IMG/VR virus record: IMGVR_UViG_3300045988_106174
Length of the DNA stretch: 34,124 bases
Origin: a virus
Direction: 5' to 3' (one strand)
Part shown: positions 23,436 through 30,749 of the stretch, piece after piece
Position numbering within the stretch: position 1 is the stretch's first letter
Layout of the letters: each line of letters starts with the position of its first letter
Position numbers and translations under genes: made by a program
Notes under the pieces: generated by a model
Database searches by the model: none
Seen by the model: only the letters and a program-made list of their open reading frames with translations
What the model was told of the DNA's origin: nothing

Positions 23436-23816
23436 TCACGGGCGTAGCACCCGCAGGAATGTTCTGTATTCCATCACATCCCGCAGCGGATCATAGGATG
23501 CCTTGATCTCAATCAAATTGCGGATCTCCTCGGCGTAAAACTGATACGCCGCCTGCCTTGATACCATCTGCCACGCCGCTGCGCCCTTTAAATTTGCAAG
23601 CGCCTCTCTTGTGAGGTGGAAATCTCTGTTCAGCGTGACTACTTCTCTGTGCTCTGTGCTGCGCTTTGTGCAGCTCTCGCTCCACCTCTCCAGTATCTTC
23701 TCATTTTCCTTTTCCGCCTCTCTTCTCCGCCTGTCGCAACCGCCGCGCACCATCCATCCGATCGCACCGCACACCAGCAGCGCGAGCACAAAAATCACCC
23801 AATGCATTTCAATCAT
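23436..23816 (-). CDS. Hypothetical membrane-anchored protein (126 aa)
   Basis: It has an N-terminal TM helix (WVIFVLALLVCGAIGWMV) followed by a charged soluble domain. Confidence 0.55.
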   Translation of the reverse strand: MIEMHWVIFVLALLVCGAIGWMVRGGCDRRRREAEKENEKILERWSESCTKRSTEHREVVTLNRDFHLTREALANLKGAAAWQMVSRQAAYQFYAEEIRNLIEIKASYDPLRDVMEYRTFLRVLRP

Positions 23817-24636
23817 GCTTATATCCCTCCATCGCCCGCTCTGCTTCCTCGCTTACCGCAGTAATTCTCCCATGTTTCACCAGATCACAGAACATATTGT
23901 AATCCATGTAAAACACAATTCCGGCACTGCTGCAATAGCGAATTGCAAGCCCTACATCCTTCATAAGCCGCAGACAGTCGATATTTTCCTCGCATAGCAA
24001 AGTGCGTCCATTGGTAAATGGCAGCACCGCCACGCGCCCCTCTTTGTCCGCCACATGTAGATCGTGCGCACGCTCGACTCTGGATTTATCATGGTCAAAC
24101 GCCATTTCGATGACTTCTTTCATCCAAACGACCTGTTCCGGCGTCACGCCGGGGTCCTCGTAGTCGGCGAGACGATCCTGAAGCATACAAATCCATTCTT
24201 CCGTCGTGTATTTTCCCTCGTGCTCTGACGCCATGAGGACGCCCCCAGTTTTAGTTCGCTTTGTCAGTCGTTCCATTACGTTTCCTCTTCCTCCCGTTCG
24301 AAACGAATTTTCATCTGTTCCTGGCACAGGTCTACCTCTGGTCGGCGCTTTCCCGTCCAGCGAATCCGCCTGCCTGTCCTCCGCAGCCAGCTCCCGCAGG
24401 CGCTCCGGCGTAGTCTCCAGCGCCTGCGCCGTCAGCTTGATAAGCGCGTCCTTCGTAATGGCGCTTTTGATTTCCTCCGGCGTCAGCCCCGTGTCCTCGT
24501 ATGCGGCGAGCTTATCCACGGCTTCGCCCGCTCTCCAACAGGTAGTACATATCCCATCACATTCATTTTCACGCAGCTCTACGCAAGCCAGATAAGCCTC
24601 GCCGTCATCAATTCGCTTTTTTGTCAGTCGTTCCAT
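23809..24636 (-). CDS. Hypothetical protein with an internal duplication (275 aa)
   Basis: There are two modules, each starting MERLTK(K/R) and containing LA(A/D)YED(T/P)G(L/V)TPE(E/Q), at residues 1 and about 121. Confidence 0.6.
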   Translation of the reverse strand: MERLTKKRIDDGEAYLACVELRENECDGICTTCWRAGEAVDKLAAYEDTGLTPEEIKSAITKDALIKLTAQALETTPERLRELAAEDRQADSLDGKAPTRGRPVPGTDENSFRTGGRGNVMERLTKRTKTGGVLMASEHEGKYTTEEWICMLQDRLADYEDPGVTPEQVVWMKEVIEMAFDHDKSRVERAHDLHVADKEGRVAVLPFTNGRTLLCEENIDCLRLMKDVGLAIRYCSSAGIVFYMDYNMFCDLVKHGRITAVSEEAERAMEGYKHD

Positions 24637-25013
24637 TCGTCATCCTCCTCCGGCAAGGGCGGCAGCGGCATCCAGTTGGTGACGGTGCGTCCTGCCGCGT
24701 CGTGCCAGAGCCTGTAATCATCATATCTTCGCCATGAATCCGCGCTTGTGCGGTAAGCCTCGCCGACAAACACGCCATCCGTAGCAATAACGCGCTGCCC
24801 TGCCGGAGCTCGTCTATCCGCGTCCTTCACGCTGACCCACTGCGGCACCTTCTCCCGCAGCGCCGCGTTCTCGGCAACCAGTCGTTCAATGGCGGCGGCG
24901 GCGGACACATTTACATGGTCGATGCAGTTTTCATCTTGCCGGGAAGGGCATTTTTCGCACACACATCCGTACGAACAGCACCGCAGCGCCTGCACGATCT
25001 CGTCATATGTCAT
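24624..25013 (-). CDS. DUF551-like protein (129 aa)
   Basis: The C-terminal part (WVSVKDADRRAPAGQRVIATDG...VTNWMPLPPLPE) matches the DUF551 pattern. The N-terminus is Cys-rich. Confidence 0.6.
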   Translation of the reverse strand: MTYDEIVQALRCCSYGCVCEKCPSRQDENCIDHVNVSAAAAIERLVAENAALREKVPQWVSVKDADRRAPAGQRVIATDGVFVGEAYRTSADSWRRYDDYRLWHDAAGRTVTNWMPLPPLPEEDDEWND

Positions 25014-25016
25014 CGC

Positions 25017-26045
25017 TCAGCCCTCCTTTTCCAGCGCTGCCGCCATTTTGGCGACTGCGTCCCGCGAGAAACGCAGGAGCTTGTCGGCTTTGTCGGCATC
25101 ACGGAGTTTGACTTTGGTGAGCAGGCCGCAAGCCTTGTTAAAATTCTCAAGCGTTGCCTGGAAAAAGCTCTGGAACACAGCGACGTCGGCATCCGACTGG
25201 ATACTGCTTTCCTTCTGCGCCTTGTTGGCATCTGTTCTGACCCGCTCCAACTCCTTCTGGAGAGCAGCGAGTTTCGCGTTCAGCGCATCCTCTTTGAGTT
25301 TTCCGCTGTTCACATCACTCATAGCCCTTGCGACTTCCGCCTGAAGCTCCACTTGCTTCTTCTCTGCCGCTTTTCGTAGGCGCTCGGCGGAGTCCAGCGC
25401 AGCCTTGTGCTTTTTCTCAGCGGCGGCGAGCGCCTCGGCGACGGCCTTTTCGATCTCTGCCGGGTCGGCTACCTGCACGGCAACTTCTACAGGGCGGTTT
25501 TCCAGCTCGCGGATCTGCTCCGCCTGCTTTTCCGTCCGCTCCGTGAGCTGCACTGCGGCGCTTTGCGCCTCTTCCAGCGCCTTGCGCGCCTCATCGCGCT
25601 CGCGGATCGCCTGCTCCAGCTCACGGGAGGACAGGTGCTCGGCGTCTACCGTCTGTGCAAACTCTTCGCGCTCATCCTCGGGCACTGCCAGCAGCCGCAA
25701 AGCATTGGAAACGCTCAAATTTCCCAACGTTGGGAAATTTGACGTTTTGCCGCCGTATTCCCGCGCGATCTGCATAAAACGGTTAGCCGACGAACTCGAA
25801 AACTCTGTTTCATTTTTCAAAAAATCAAGCCATCCGCCATGACCGACCATTTCCTTTGCCTCGGCGAGGCGCTTACCGATCTCCACGCCGAACCACACCG
25901 TCATGCTCTTCGCCTGCGCGGAGAGGTAGCGGATCTCGCTGCCGAGCGTCTCGGGCGAGCGCGGCACATCGACCGCCTGCCCCGGATGCACCTGCATATC
26001 CTTGCGGGTCTCGTCGGCAAAAATACTCGATACGTCAAATGCCAT
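25017..26045 (-). CDS. DUF3102-domain protein with a long C-terminal coiled coil (342 aa); candidate centromere-binding partner of ParA
   Basis: IGKRLAEAKEMVGHGGWLDFLKNETEFSSSSANRFMQIAREYG matches the DUF3102 signature. The gene begins 4 bp after the parA stop and contains palindrome copy 3. Confidence 0.7.
   Translation of the reverse strand: MAFDVSSIFADETRKDMQVHPGQAVDVPRSPETLGSEIRYLSAQAKSMTVWFGVEIGKRLAEAKEMVGHGGWLDFLKNETEFSSSSANRFMQIAREYGGKTSNFPTLGNLSVSNALRLLAVPEDEREEFAQTVDAEHLSSRELEQAIRERDEARKALEEAQSAAVQLTERTEKQAEQIRELENRPVEVAVQVADPAEIEKAVAEALAAAEKKHKAALDSAERLRKAAEKKQVELQAEVARAMSDVNSGKLKEDALNAKLAALQKELERVRTDANKAQKESSIQSDADVAVFQSFFQATLENFNKACGLLTKVKLRDADKADKLLRFSRDAVAKMAAALEKEG
25715..25742. 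repeat. Palindrome copy 3 (perfect 28-bp TCAAATTTCCCAACGTTGGGAAATTTGA), inside the DUF3102 gene
   Basis: It is self-complementary over 28 bp and encodes ...SNFPTLGNLS... in the DUF3102 frame. Confidence 0.95.
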
Positions 26046-26048
26046 TGC

Positions 26049-26849
26049 TTACGCCCCCTCTCTCAAAAGCTCATCCATCGTGACCGGCGGCGCAATGTAC
26101 TCCTGCACGAATGCGCGGTAGTCATATCCGGCAGCGCTGCGCGGGGAGTACAGTGCGATCGGCTTGCGCTCAAAGGTCATTTCATCCACCTTGTCGGTGC
26201 GGCGGATGACCGTCTGGAATACCGGCAGAATGTTGCAGCCGCGCAGGCTGCTCTCTGCCTGGAGCACGACCGGCGTGTTGCGCCACATCGTGATGAGTGC
26301 CCCGGCAATGCGAATGCTGCTGTTGATACGCTGAATGTTGTCGATTTGTCGCGCCACGTTGGCGAGCCCGCGCACGGAAAATGCGTCGAGCTTGATCGGG
26401 ATGATGACCTCATCCGCGGCAAGCAGCGCTGCGGCGCTTGCGGCGTTAAATGCCGGCGGGCAGTCGAAGATCACAAAGTCATACGCGTCATCCTCCCGGA
26501 TCGCCGTGCACAGATCTGCGAGGACGCGCCCGTGCACGCGGTTGTCAGCGATGTGCGACATATCGAGGTCCATCAGCTCATCCGATGCCGGGATCATGTC
26601 CAGCCCCGGGTAGTCCGTCGCGTACACGTTTTCGGGGTAGTACGGCTCGGCGTCACCGCGCAGGATGTCATCCAGCGTCGAGCCGTCCACGGAGCGCAGA
26701 CCGAAAAATTCGGTTGCATTGCACTGGCTGTCGCAGTCTACCAGTAGCACGCGCTGCTTATGGTCGGCGCACAGGATGTGCGCCATATTGACGGCGGTGA
26801 CGGTCTTGCCGACGCCGCCCTTCAGATTCAAGATTGCAATTGCTTTCAT
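26049..26849 (-). CDS. parA: ParA/Soj-type partition ATPase (266 aa, short type without an N-terminal HTH)
   Basis: It has the deviant Walker A MKAIAILNLKGGVGKTVTAVNMA and the motifs LLVDCDSQCN and FVIFDCPPA. AGGAGG lies upstream of the ATG. Confidence 0.9.
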   Translation of the reverse strand: MKAIAILNLKGGVGKTVTAVNMAHILCADHKQRVLLVDCDSQCNATEFFGLRSVDGSTLDDILRGDAEPYYPENVYATDYPGLDMIPASDELMDLDMSHIADNRVHGRVLADLCTAIREDDAYDFVIFDCPPAFNAASAAALLAADEVIIPIKLDAFSVRGLANVARQIDNIQRINSSIRIAGALITMWRNTPVVLQAESSLRGCNILPVFQTVIRRTDKVDEMTFERKPIALYSPRSAAGYDYRAFVQEYIAPPVTMDELLREGA

Positions 26850-26858
26850 AGCTTCCTC

Positions 26859-28208
26859 CTAGTTGTTTTTGAATACCTCTTCCGCTTCATGCCCGGGCAG
26901 CAGCTTGAAGCCCATCTGGTCAAGCTCTGGGTCGTGGGGTTTTTTGGGCGCGGGCGGCAATGCCTGGCTTTGCCGGAAGGTTTGTGTTACGCCGTCAAAT
27001 TCGAGCAGCACGGCGCGGTTTGCAATGCCGTCTTTGTTTTTTACAACGTTCAGCACACGCTTGGACTTTTCCGCCAGAGGGTCTTCGCGGAATAGCAGCA
27101 TGATCGCGTCCGCGTCCTGCTCGATCTGTCCCGAGGACCGAAGGTCCTGCATGGTCGGTGGCTTCGGGCGGGCGTTCCCTTTGCCTTTTTCGCGGCGGGA
27201 GAGCTGAGACAGCGCCACGATCGTCGCCCCGGTCTGCTTGGCGAGATTTTGCAGCAGCGACGAGATCGCGGTCACGCGGGCAAACTCGTTGTACGCGTCG
27301 CGCATTCCATCGGGTGCTGCGATCTTTTGCAAGTAGTCCACAAAAACCACCTCGTACCGCTTGGAGGCAGCGTATGCCCGGATGTCGCTCACCGTCATAC
27401 CGTTCGCCATGATGAGATCGAGCTTGGGCTTGATGATGTCCGTAGACATCGCCGCGACCGTGTCCCAGTCGTGCGCGCCCATCGCGTTGAGCTGCATCTT
27501 GGGCAGCCCGATCTGCGTCGTCATTGCCATCAGGCGATCAAAGAGCTTCGCGTCGTCGGTCTCATAGCTGAAAAATCCGACGCGCTTTTTCTGCGCCATA
27601 CGCTGCGCGAAGGTCAGCGCCAGCGTGGTCTTGCCGTCGGACGGATAGCCGCCGATGACGACAAAATCGCCGCCGTGGATGTTGAGCACGCCGTTGATGC
27701 CGCCAAAGCGCCAGTCTAAGAACTCCGGCTTGACCGTTTCGGCGTGACGGTCGTAAAATTCTTGGAGCGCCTGCTTCATGCCGACGCAGCGCACATCGGG
27801 ACGATCCACCAGCAGCTCGTTTGCTCGCTCAAGCGCCTTGCGGACGCTCTCCTCATCCTCGGCAAGGTTGATCTGCTCGCCGAGCGATCGCAGGGCGTAA
27901 AGCCGCGCGCGCTTTTTGAGCAGCTTGGCGTACTCGGCGTAGTTCGCCGCACTGGGTGTAACGGTCATGATCTGCGCCAGCAGGTCAGTCTGCTTGCCGC
28001 CGAGCCGGTCGTTGATCGTCACCGGGTCGATGTGCTCGCCTGTGTTGAACATCGAGCGGATCGCCTCGAATATCATGCGATAGGTCGGCTCGGTAAAATC
28101 GCTGGCGCGGACCGTCTGCAAGATCGGTCCGACTGTATCGGCGTCGATGACCATGCAGCCGAGGACGGCGGTCTGCGCATCCAACAGAAGATCGCGTGCA
28201 TTGCTCAT
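26859..28208 (-). CDS. dnaB: Replicative DNA helicase, DnaB family (449 aa)
   Basis: It has a DnaB N-terminal domain (AVLGCMVIDADTV...F..PTYRMIFEAI), the Walker A GGYPSDGKTTLAL, and C-terminal motifs (LSQLSRREK and QIEQDAD). Confidence 0.9.
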   Translation of the reverse strand: MSNARDLLLDAQTAVLGCMVIDADTVGPILQTVRASDFTEPTYRMIFEAIRSMFNTGEHIDPVTINDRLGGKQTDLLAQIMTVTPSAANYAEYAKLLKKRARLYALRSLGEQINLAEDEESVRKALERANELLVDRPDVRCVGMKQALQEFYDRHAETVKPEFLDWRFGGINGVLNIHGGDFVVIGGYPSDGKTTLALTFAQRMAQKKRVGFFSYETDDAKLFDRLMAMTTQIGLPKMQLNAMGAHDWDTVAAMSTDIIKPKLDLIMANGMTVSDIRAYAASKRYEVVFVDYLQKIAAPDGMRDAYNEFARVTAISSLLQNLAKQTGATIVALSQLSRREKGKGNARPKPPTMQDLRSSGQIEQDADAIMLLFREDPLAEKSKRVLNVVKNKDGIANRAVLLEFDGVTQTFRQSQALPPAPKKPHDPELDQMGFKLLPGHEAEEVFKNN

Positions 28209-29020
28209 ACGAACACCAGCCCTCCAAGATCGACTGCCGTGTCGCTCTCAGGCACTGCACTTGCTGCCGACCGGCGCAGGCGCTCCCGTGCCGCGGCGAC
28301 CTCGTCGCTCTTCGGCGGGTAGACGCTGGGGTAGCCCTTTTCCGCTGAGTACAGCAGGCAGCTCTCCGCCAGATACGGGTTAAAGCCCTCGCCGTCATCC
28401 GCGCAGGATGACAGCTTGCGGTAGAGCGTCTTTGCGGCAGTCAAAGACGGCATCGGATTGCCCGCCTCGTCGCGCGCATCCAGCATCAGCGTGAGTGCAG
28501 ACAAGACTTGCGGATACGCCGCAAAAACCTGCGCAAAATAGCTGTCGATCTGCGCGCGGTTTTCGCGCGCTTTTTCCTTTTCCTTTTCTTTTTTCTTTTT
28601 ATTATTTGACGACCGGGAAGTTTGTCCCTCTACCCCGGGATTTTTGTCCCCGTACGTACCGGGACATTTATCCACGTACGTACCGGGACATTCGTCCCCG
28701 TTGTCGTCAGGAACGGCTAGGTCTGGCGGCTTCGGCAAAGCCGGGAAAATATAGCGCCGCTTTCCGCCGATCTTGCGATCCGGCTCGATATGGACGGTAA
28801 TATGCCCCGCCTCAGCCAGGGCGGAGACCCAGCGTTTGATCACGTCCTCGGAGCAGTGCATCGCCTCGGCGAGCTGGGCGTTACGGGCGTAGCAGTAGCC
28901 TTTCCGCTTGGTCAGCGTGGAGATCACCCCATAGAGGATCTTCGCGTTGGCGGGGATGCTCATGTCCTCCAGTACCGTTGCTGGGATGACCGCCCAAAAC
29001 GCTCTAAAATCTTCGCTCAA
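28205..29020 (-). CDS. Replication initiator / organiser with an N-terminal winged-helix domain (271 aa from TTG 29020)
   Basis: FWAVIPATVLEDMSIPANAKILYGVISTLTKRKGYCYARNAQLAEAMHCSEDVIKRWVSALAEAGHI is typical of phage and plasmid replication HTH proteins. The stop overlaps the dnaB ATG (ATGA). TTG 29020 has GGGGGTGA upstream, whereas the tracked GTG at 29047 has no ribosome site. Confidence 0.6.
   Translation of the reverse strand: MSEDFRAFWAVIPATVLEDMSIPANAKILYGVISTLTKRKGYCYARNAQLAEAMHCSEDVIKRWVSALAEAGHITVHIEPDRKIGGKRRYIFPALPKPPDLAVPDDNGDECPGTYVDKCPGTYGDKNPGVEGQTSRSSNNKKKKEKEKEKARENRAQIDSYFAQVFAAYPQVLSALTLMLDARDEAGNPMPSLTAAKTLYRKLSSCADDGEGFNPYLAESCLLYSAEKGYPSVYPPKSDEVAAARERLRRSAASAVPESDTAVDLGGLVFV
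28570..28698. repeat. Candidate replication origin inside the initiator gene: a pyrimidine/AT-rich tract plus iterons
   Basis: A 39-nt T/C tract (28570-28608) is followed by an 18-bp direct repeat CGTACGTACCGGGACATT (28651-28668 and 28675-28692, 24-bp period). There are five GGGAC/GTCCC half-sites in both orientations. Confidence 0.45.
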
Positions 29021-29139
29021 AATCCATTCACCCCCTTGCCAAACCACCGAAGCGGTGATATAATAATGGTGCTTTCATAGCCGCCTTTCTGGCTGCTAGG
29101 AGATTCGCTCGGTTGTTCGCAGCAGCCGGGCGTTTCTTT

Positions 29140-29598
29140 TTACCCTTTTGCATCGCTCGTTCCCTCCGCATAGCGCAGCGTATATGCCGCTGAAATAATA
29201 TCGTTCAGTTCGCGCACGATCTGGTCATAGGTCGGGCGCTCTTTTTCATCGATCACGCCATCGTCGGCGATCTGAAGCAGCTCCTTGTCGCGGTTTCGGT
29301 CGGCAAAGCCGATGATGCGGTTGACGAGCTGGATGACCGCCATCGGCAGCGATTGGCGCACTGTGTCCGGCAGGACGGCAAGCCCGTCCGACGTCTGCTG
29401 CAAATGCTTGTACGCAAAATACGCGTCGCCGCACAGATCGACCATCAGGCAGACGTGGTAGTTGCTCGGAATACGCCGGTCTCCCTCCCACGCCTTGACC
29501 GTCTCCACAGACACATAGAGCGCCTCTGCCCACTGCTCCTGGGTCATATGTGCCTTTTTCCGACACGCCGCGCAGATGTTGATGTATGCTTCCTGCAT
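29140..29598 (-). CDS. XRE-family HTH protein with an uncharacterised C-terminal domain (152 aa)
   Basis: The N-terminal part KKAHMTQEQWAEALYVSVETVKAWEGDRRIP is an HTH_3-type motif. Confidence 0.6.
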   Translation of the reverse strand: MQEAYINICAACRKKAHMTQEQWAEALYVSVETVKAWEGDRRIPSNYHVCLMVDLCGDAYFAYKHLQQTSDGLAVLPDTVRQSLPMAVIQLVNRIIGFADRNRDKELLQIADDGVIDEKERPTYDQIVRELNDIISAAYTLRYAEGTSDAKG

Positions 29599-29633
29599 GG
29601 CTAAATTCCTCCTGGTGTGGGATAATATGTGTG

Positions 29634-29837
29634 TCAGTTCCCTTCCAAATAGCGGAGGAAGGACACGCGGTGTATCTTGATGTTCCGACCGCTCTGGATC
29701 GTATCAAATCCGAGCTTTTCGGGATACTCCCGCACCATCTGTCTGATCCAGTGCGGATTGACTCCCAGCAGCGGTGCAGCTTCGCAGGGCGAAATAAAGC
29801 ACTTCTCGCAAGCACGAAGCTCTTCCAGCGTTGACAT
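29634..29837 (-). CDS. Small HTH DNA-binding protein, excisionase-like (67 aa)
   Basis: ISPCEAAPLLGVNPHWIRQMVRE...IKIHRVSFLRYL resembles excisionase/MerR-type HTH_17 domains. AAGGAGG lies upstream of the ATG. Confidence 0.55.
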   Translation of the reverse strand: MSTLEELRACEKCFISPCEAAPLLGVNPHWIRQMVREYPEKLGFDTIQSGRNIKIHRVSFLRYLEGN

Positions 29838-29851
29838 GATCTAGCCTCCTT

Positions 29852-29956
29852 TTAGATAAGATTCAACACGCCGATCGTTGCGGCGATCAGCTCGATCGCG
29901 CAGCCGAGCAGCTCCAGCAGCATCACGCGAAGCTGCCGCCCGCCGTCAGTGAGCAC
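29852..29956 (-). CDS. Possible 34-aa hydrophobic peptide (MLTDGGRQLRVMLLELLGCAIELIAATIGVLNLI)
   Basis: The GTG start has AAGGAGG 6 nt upstream. It fills the gap in the early operon and was missed by the ORF track because of its size. Confidence 0.35.
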   Translation of the reverse strand: MLTDGGRQLRVMLLELLGCAIELIAATIGVLNLI

Positions 29957-29970
29957 TTGCGTTCCTCCTT

Positions 29971-29999
29971 TTGACTTCCATCTGCTTCCATGGTAAGAT
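29971..29999 (+). promoter_or_regulatory. Near-consensus plus-strand promoter (TTGACT, 17 nt spacer, TGgTAAGAT)
   Basis: The -35 is at 29971-29976 and the extended -10 at 29991-29999. It lies 22 nt upstream of the ATG at 30022 and points against the early minus-strand operon. Confidence 0.5.
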
Positions 30000-30021
30000 G
30001 CAGGCGGAAGGGGGTGTAAAA

Positions 30022-30258
30022 ATGCAATTTCCCGATTTTGCTGATTTCAAGCAATATCTACAAGAGTTTGAGCCTGAGATCAATGCGTGCACACGGAGCC
30101 AGAAGCTCTATCAGATCAAAAGCATGACGCCGGAAAACGTAGCTGCTTTTGCATCTGACATTGCGGCAGACACGCTGCACGCCGCGAAAGTCACGTCGCT
30201 TTGGTATCTGACTCTGTATCATCAGTGGCTGGCGGATTATTTCGATGCCTCCGAGTAA
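30022..30258 (+). CDS. Hypothetical protein (78 aa) encoded opposite to the early operon
   Basis: The ATG is preceded by GGAAGGGGGTG. Its composition is AT-richer than its surroundings. The 3' end overlaps the convergent minus-strand ORF 30191-30397 by 68 bp. Confidence 0.5.
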   Translation: MQFPDFADFKQYLQEFEPEINACTRSQKLYQIKSMTPENVAAFASDIAADTLHAAKVTSLWYLTLYHQWLADYFDASE

Positions 30259-30397
30259 ACTCGCCGAGCCTCTGCCAGTCCACCGGGGCGATTGCCCGGG
30301 GAGCGACTTCGATGCTGACCTCGCTCGGTGTCAAGAGCGCTTCCAGTGCAGCGATTCGGCGCTCAAGCTGGCGCAAGCGTTGTCTGCGTACTTTCAT
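30191..30397 (-). CDS. Possible small coiled-coil protein (68 aa, MKVRRQRLRQLERRIAALEALL...)
   Basis: GGAGGG lies 8 nt upstream of ATG 30397. The first half is a plausible helix. The last third is low-complexity and antisense to the plus-strand gene, so the true end is uncertain. Confidence 0.4.
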   Translation of the reverse strand: MKVRRQRLRQLERRIAALEALLTPSEVSIEVAPRAIAPVDWQRLGEFTRRHRNNPPATDDTESDTKAT

Positions 30398-30596
30398 CCG
30401 TGCTTCCCTCCTCGTAGAGATCGTCGATGCTGCATTGCAGCGCCTTCGCCAGCGCTGGGAGCTGGGACGCGCGCGGGTACGCCGCGCCGATCTCCCATTT
30501 TGCGACGGTGCTCCGCTCGACATTCAGCAGATCAGCGAGTTCCTGCTGTTTGAGCTTCGCCCGTTTTCGCATACGGACCAGTCCTTTCGTATACAT
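30363..30596 (-). CDS. Cro-like XRE-family HTH regulator (77 aa; may start at the internal ATG, MRKRAKL...)
   Basis: KLKQQELADLLNVERSTVAKWEIGAAYPRASQLPALAKALQCSIDDLY is a canonical HTH_3. It is the first gene of the leftward operon, divergent from the CI-like gene. Confidence 0.7.
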   Translation of the reverse strand: MYTKGLVRMRKRAKLKQQELADLLNVERSTVAKWEIGAAYPRASQLPALAKALQCSIDDLYEEGSTDESTQTTLAPA

Positions 30597-30628
30597 CCCT
30601 CCTTTAAAATAACATCGGCATCGTTAAT

Positions 30629-30643
30629 GTGATTGTTAATCAC
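30629..30643. promoter_or_regulatory. Operator O1: GTGAT-N5-ATCAC (GTGATTGTTAATCAC)
   Basis: It has perfect inverted half-sites and lies just downstream of the -10 of the leftward promoter, around the predicted transcript start. Confidence 0.55.
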
Positions 30644-30650
30644 TATCTGG

Positions 30651-30679
30651 AATATAGCATGCTTACTCACATTTGTCAA
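30651..30679 (-). promoter_or_regulatory. Leftward early promoter (TTGACA, 17 nt spacer, TATATT)
   Basis: On the minus strand the -35 is at 30679-30674 (perfect TTGACA) and the -10 at 30656-30651. Confidence 0.6.
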
Positions 30680-30686
30680 CAGAAAA

Positions 30687-30725
30687 GTTATTAAAAATCA
30701 CAATTGAATTGTGATGATTATTCAC
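30687..30725. promoter_or_regulatory. Two further operator-like sites (GTTAT-N5-ATCAC at 30687-30701; GTGAT-N5-TTCAC at 30711-30725), sharing a 19-bp palindrome at 30697-30715
   Basis: They have the same half-site and spacing as O1. ATCACAATTgAATTGTGAT is a perfect palindrome overlapping the -35 of the rightward promoter. Confidence 0.5.
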
Positions 30726-30732
30726 TTATACT
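30704..30732 (+). promoter_or_regulatory. Rightward (lysogeny) promoter (TTGAAT, 17 nt spacer, TATACT)
   Basis: The -35 is at 30704-30709 and the -10 at 30727-30732, 18 nt upstream of the repressor start codon at 30750. Confidence 0.5.
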
Positions 30733-30749
30733 TAATTCAGGTGATTCCG

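Noticed and set aside
28570-28608. The T/C-rich tract as a CRISPR-like or simple-repeat array
   Set aside because: There is no repeat-spacer periodicity. It lies inside an open reading frame (the Lys/Glu linker) and is better explained as an AT-rich origin element.
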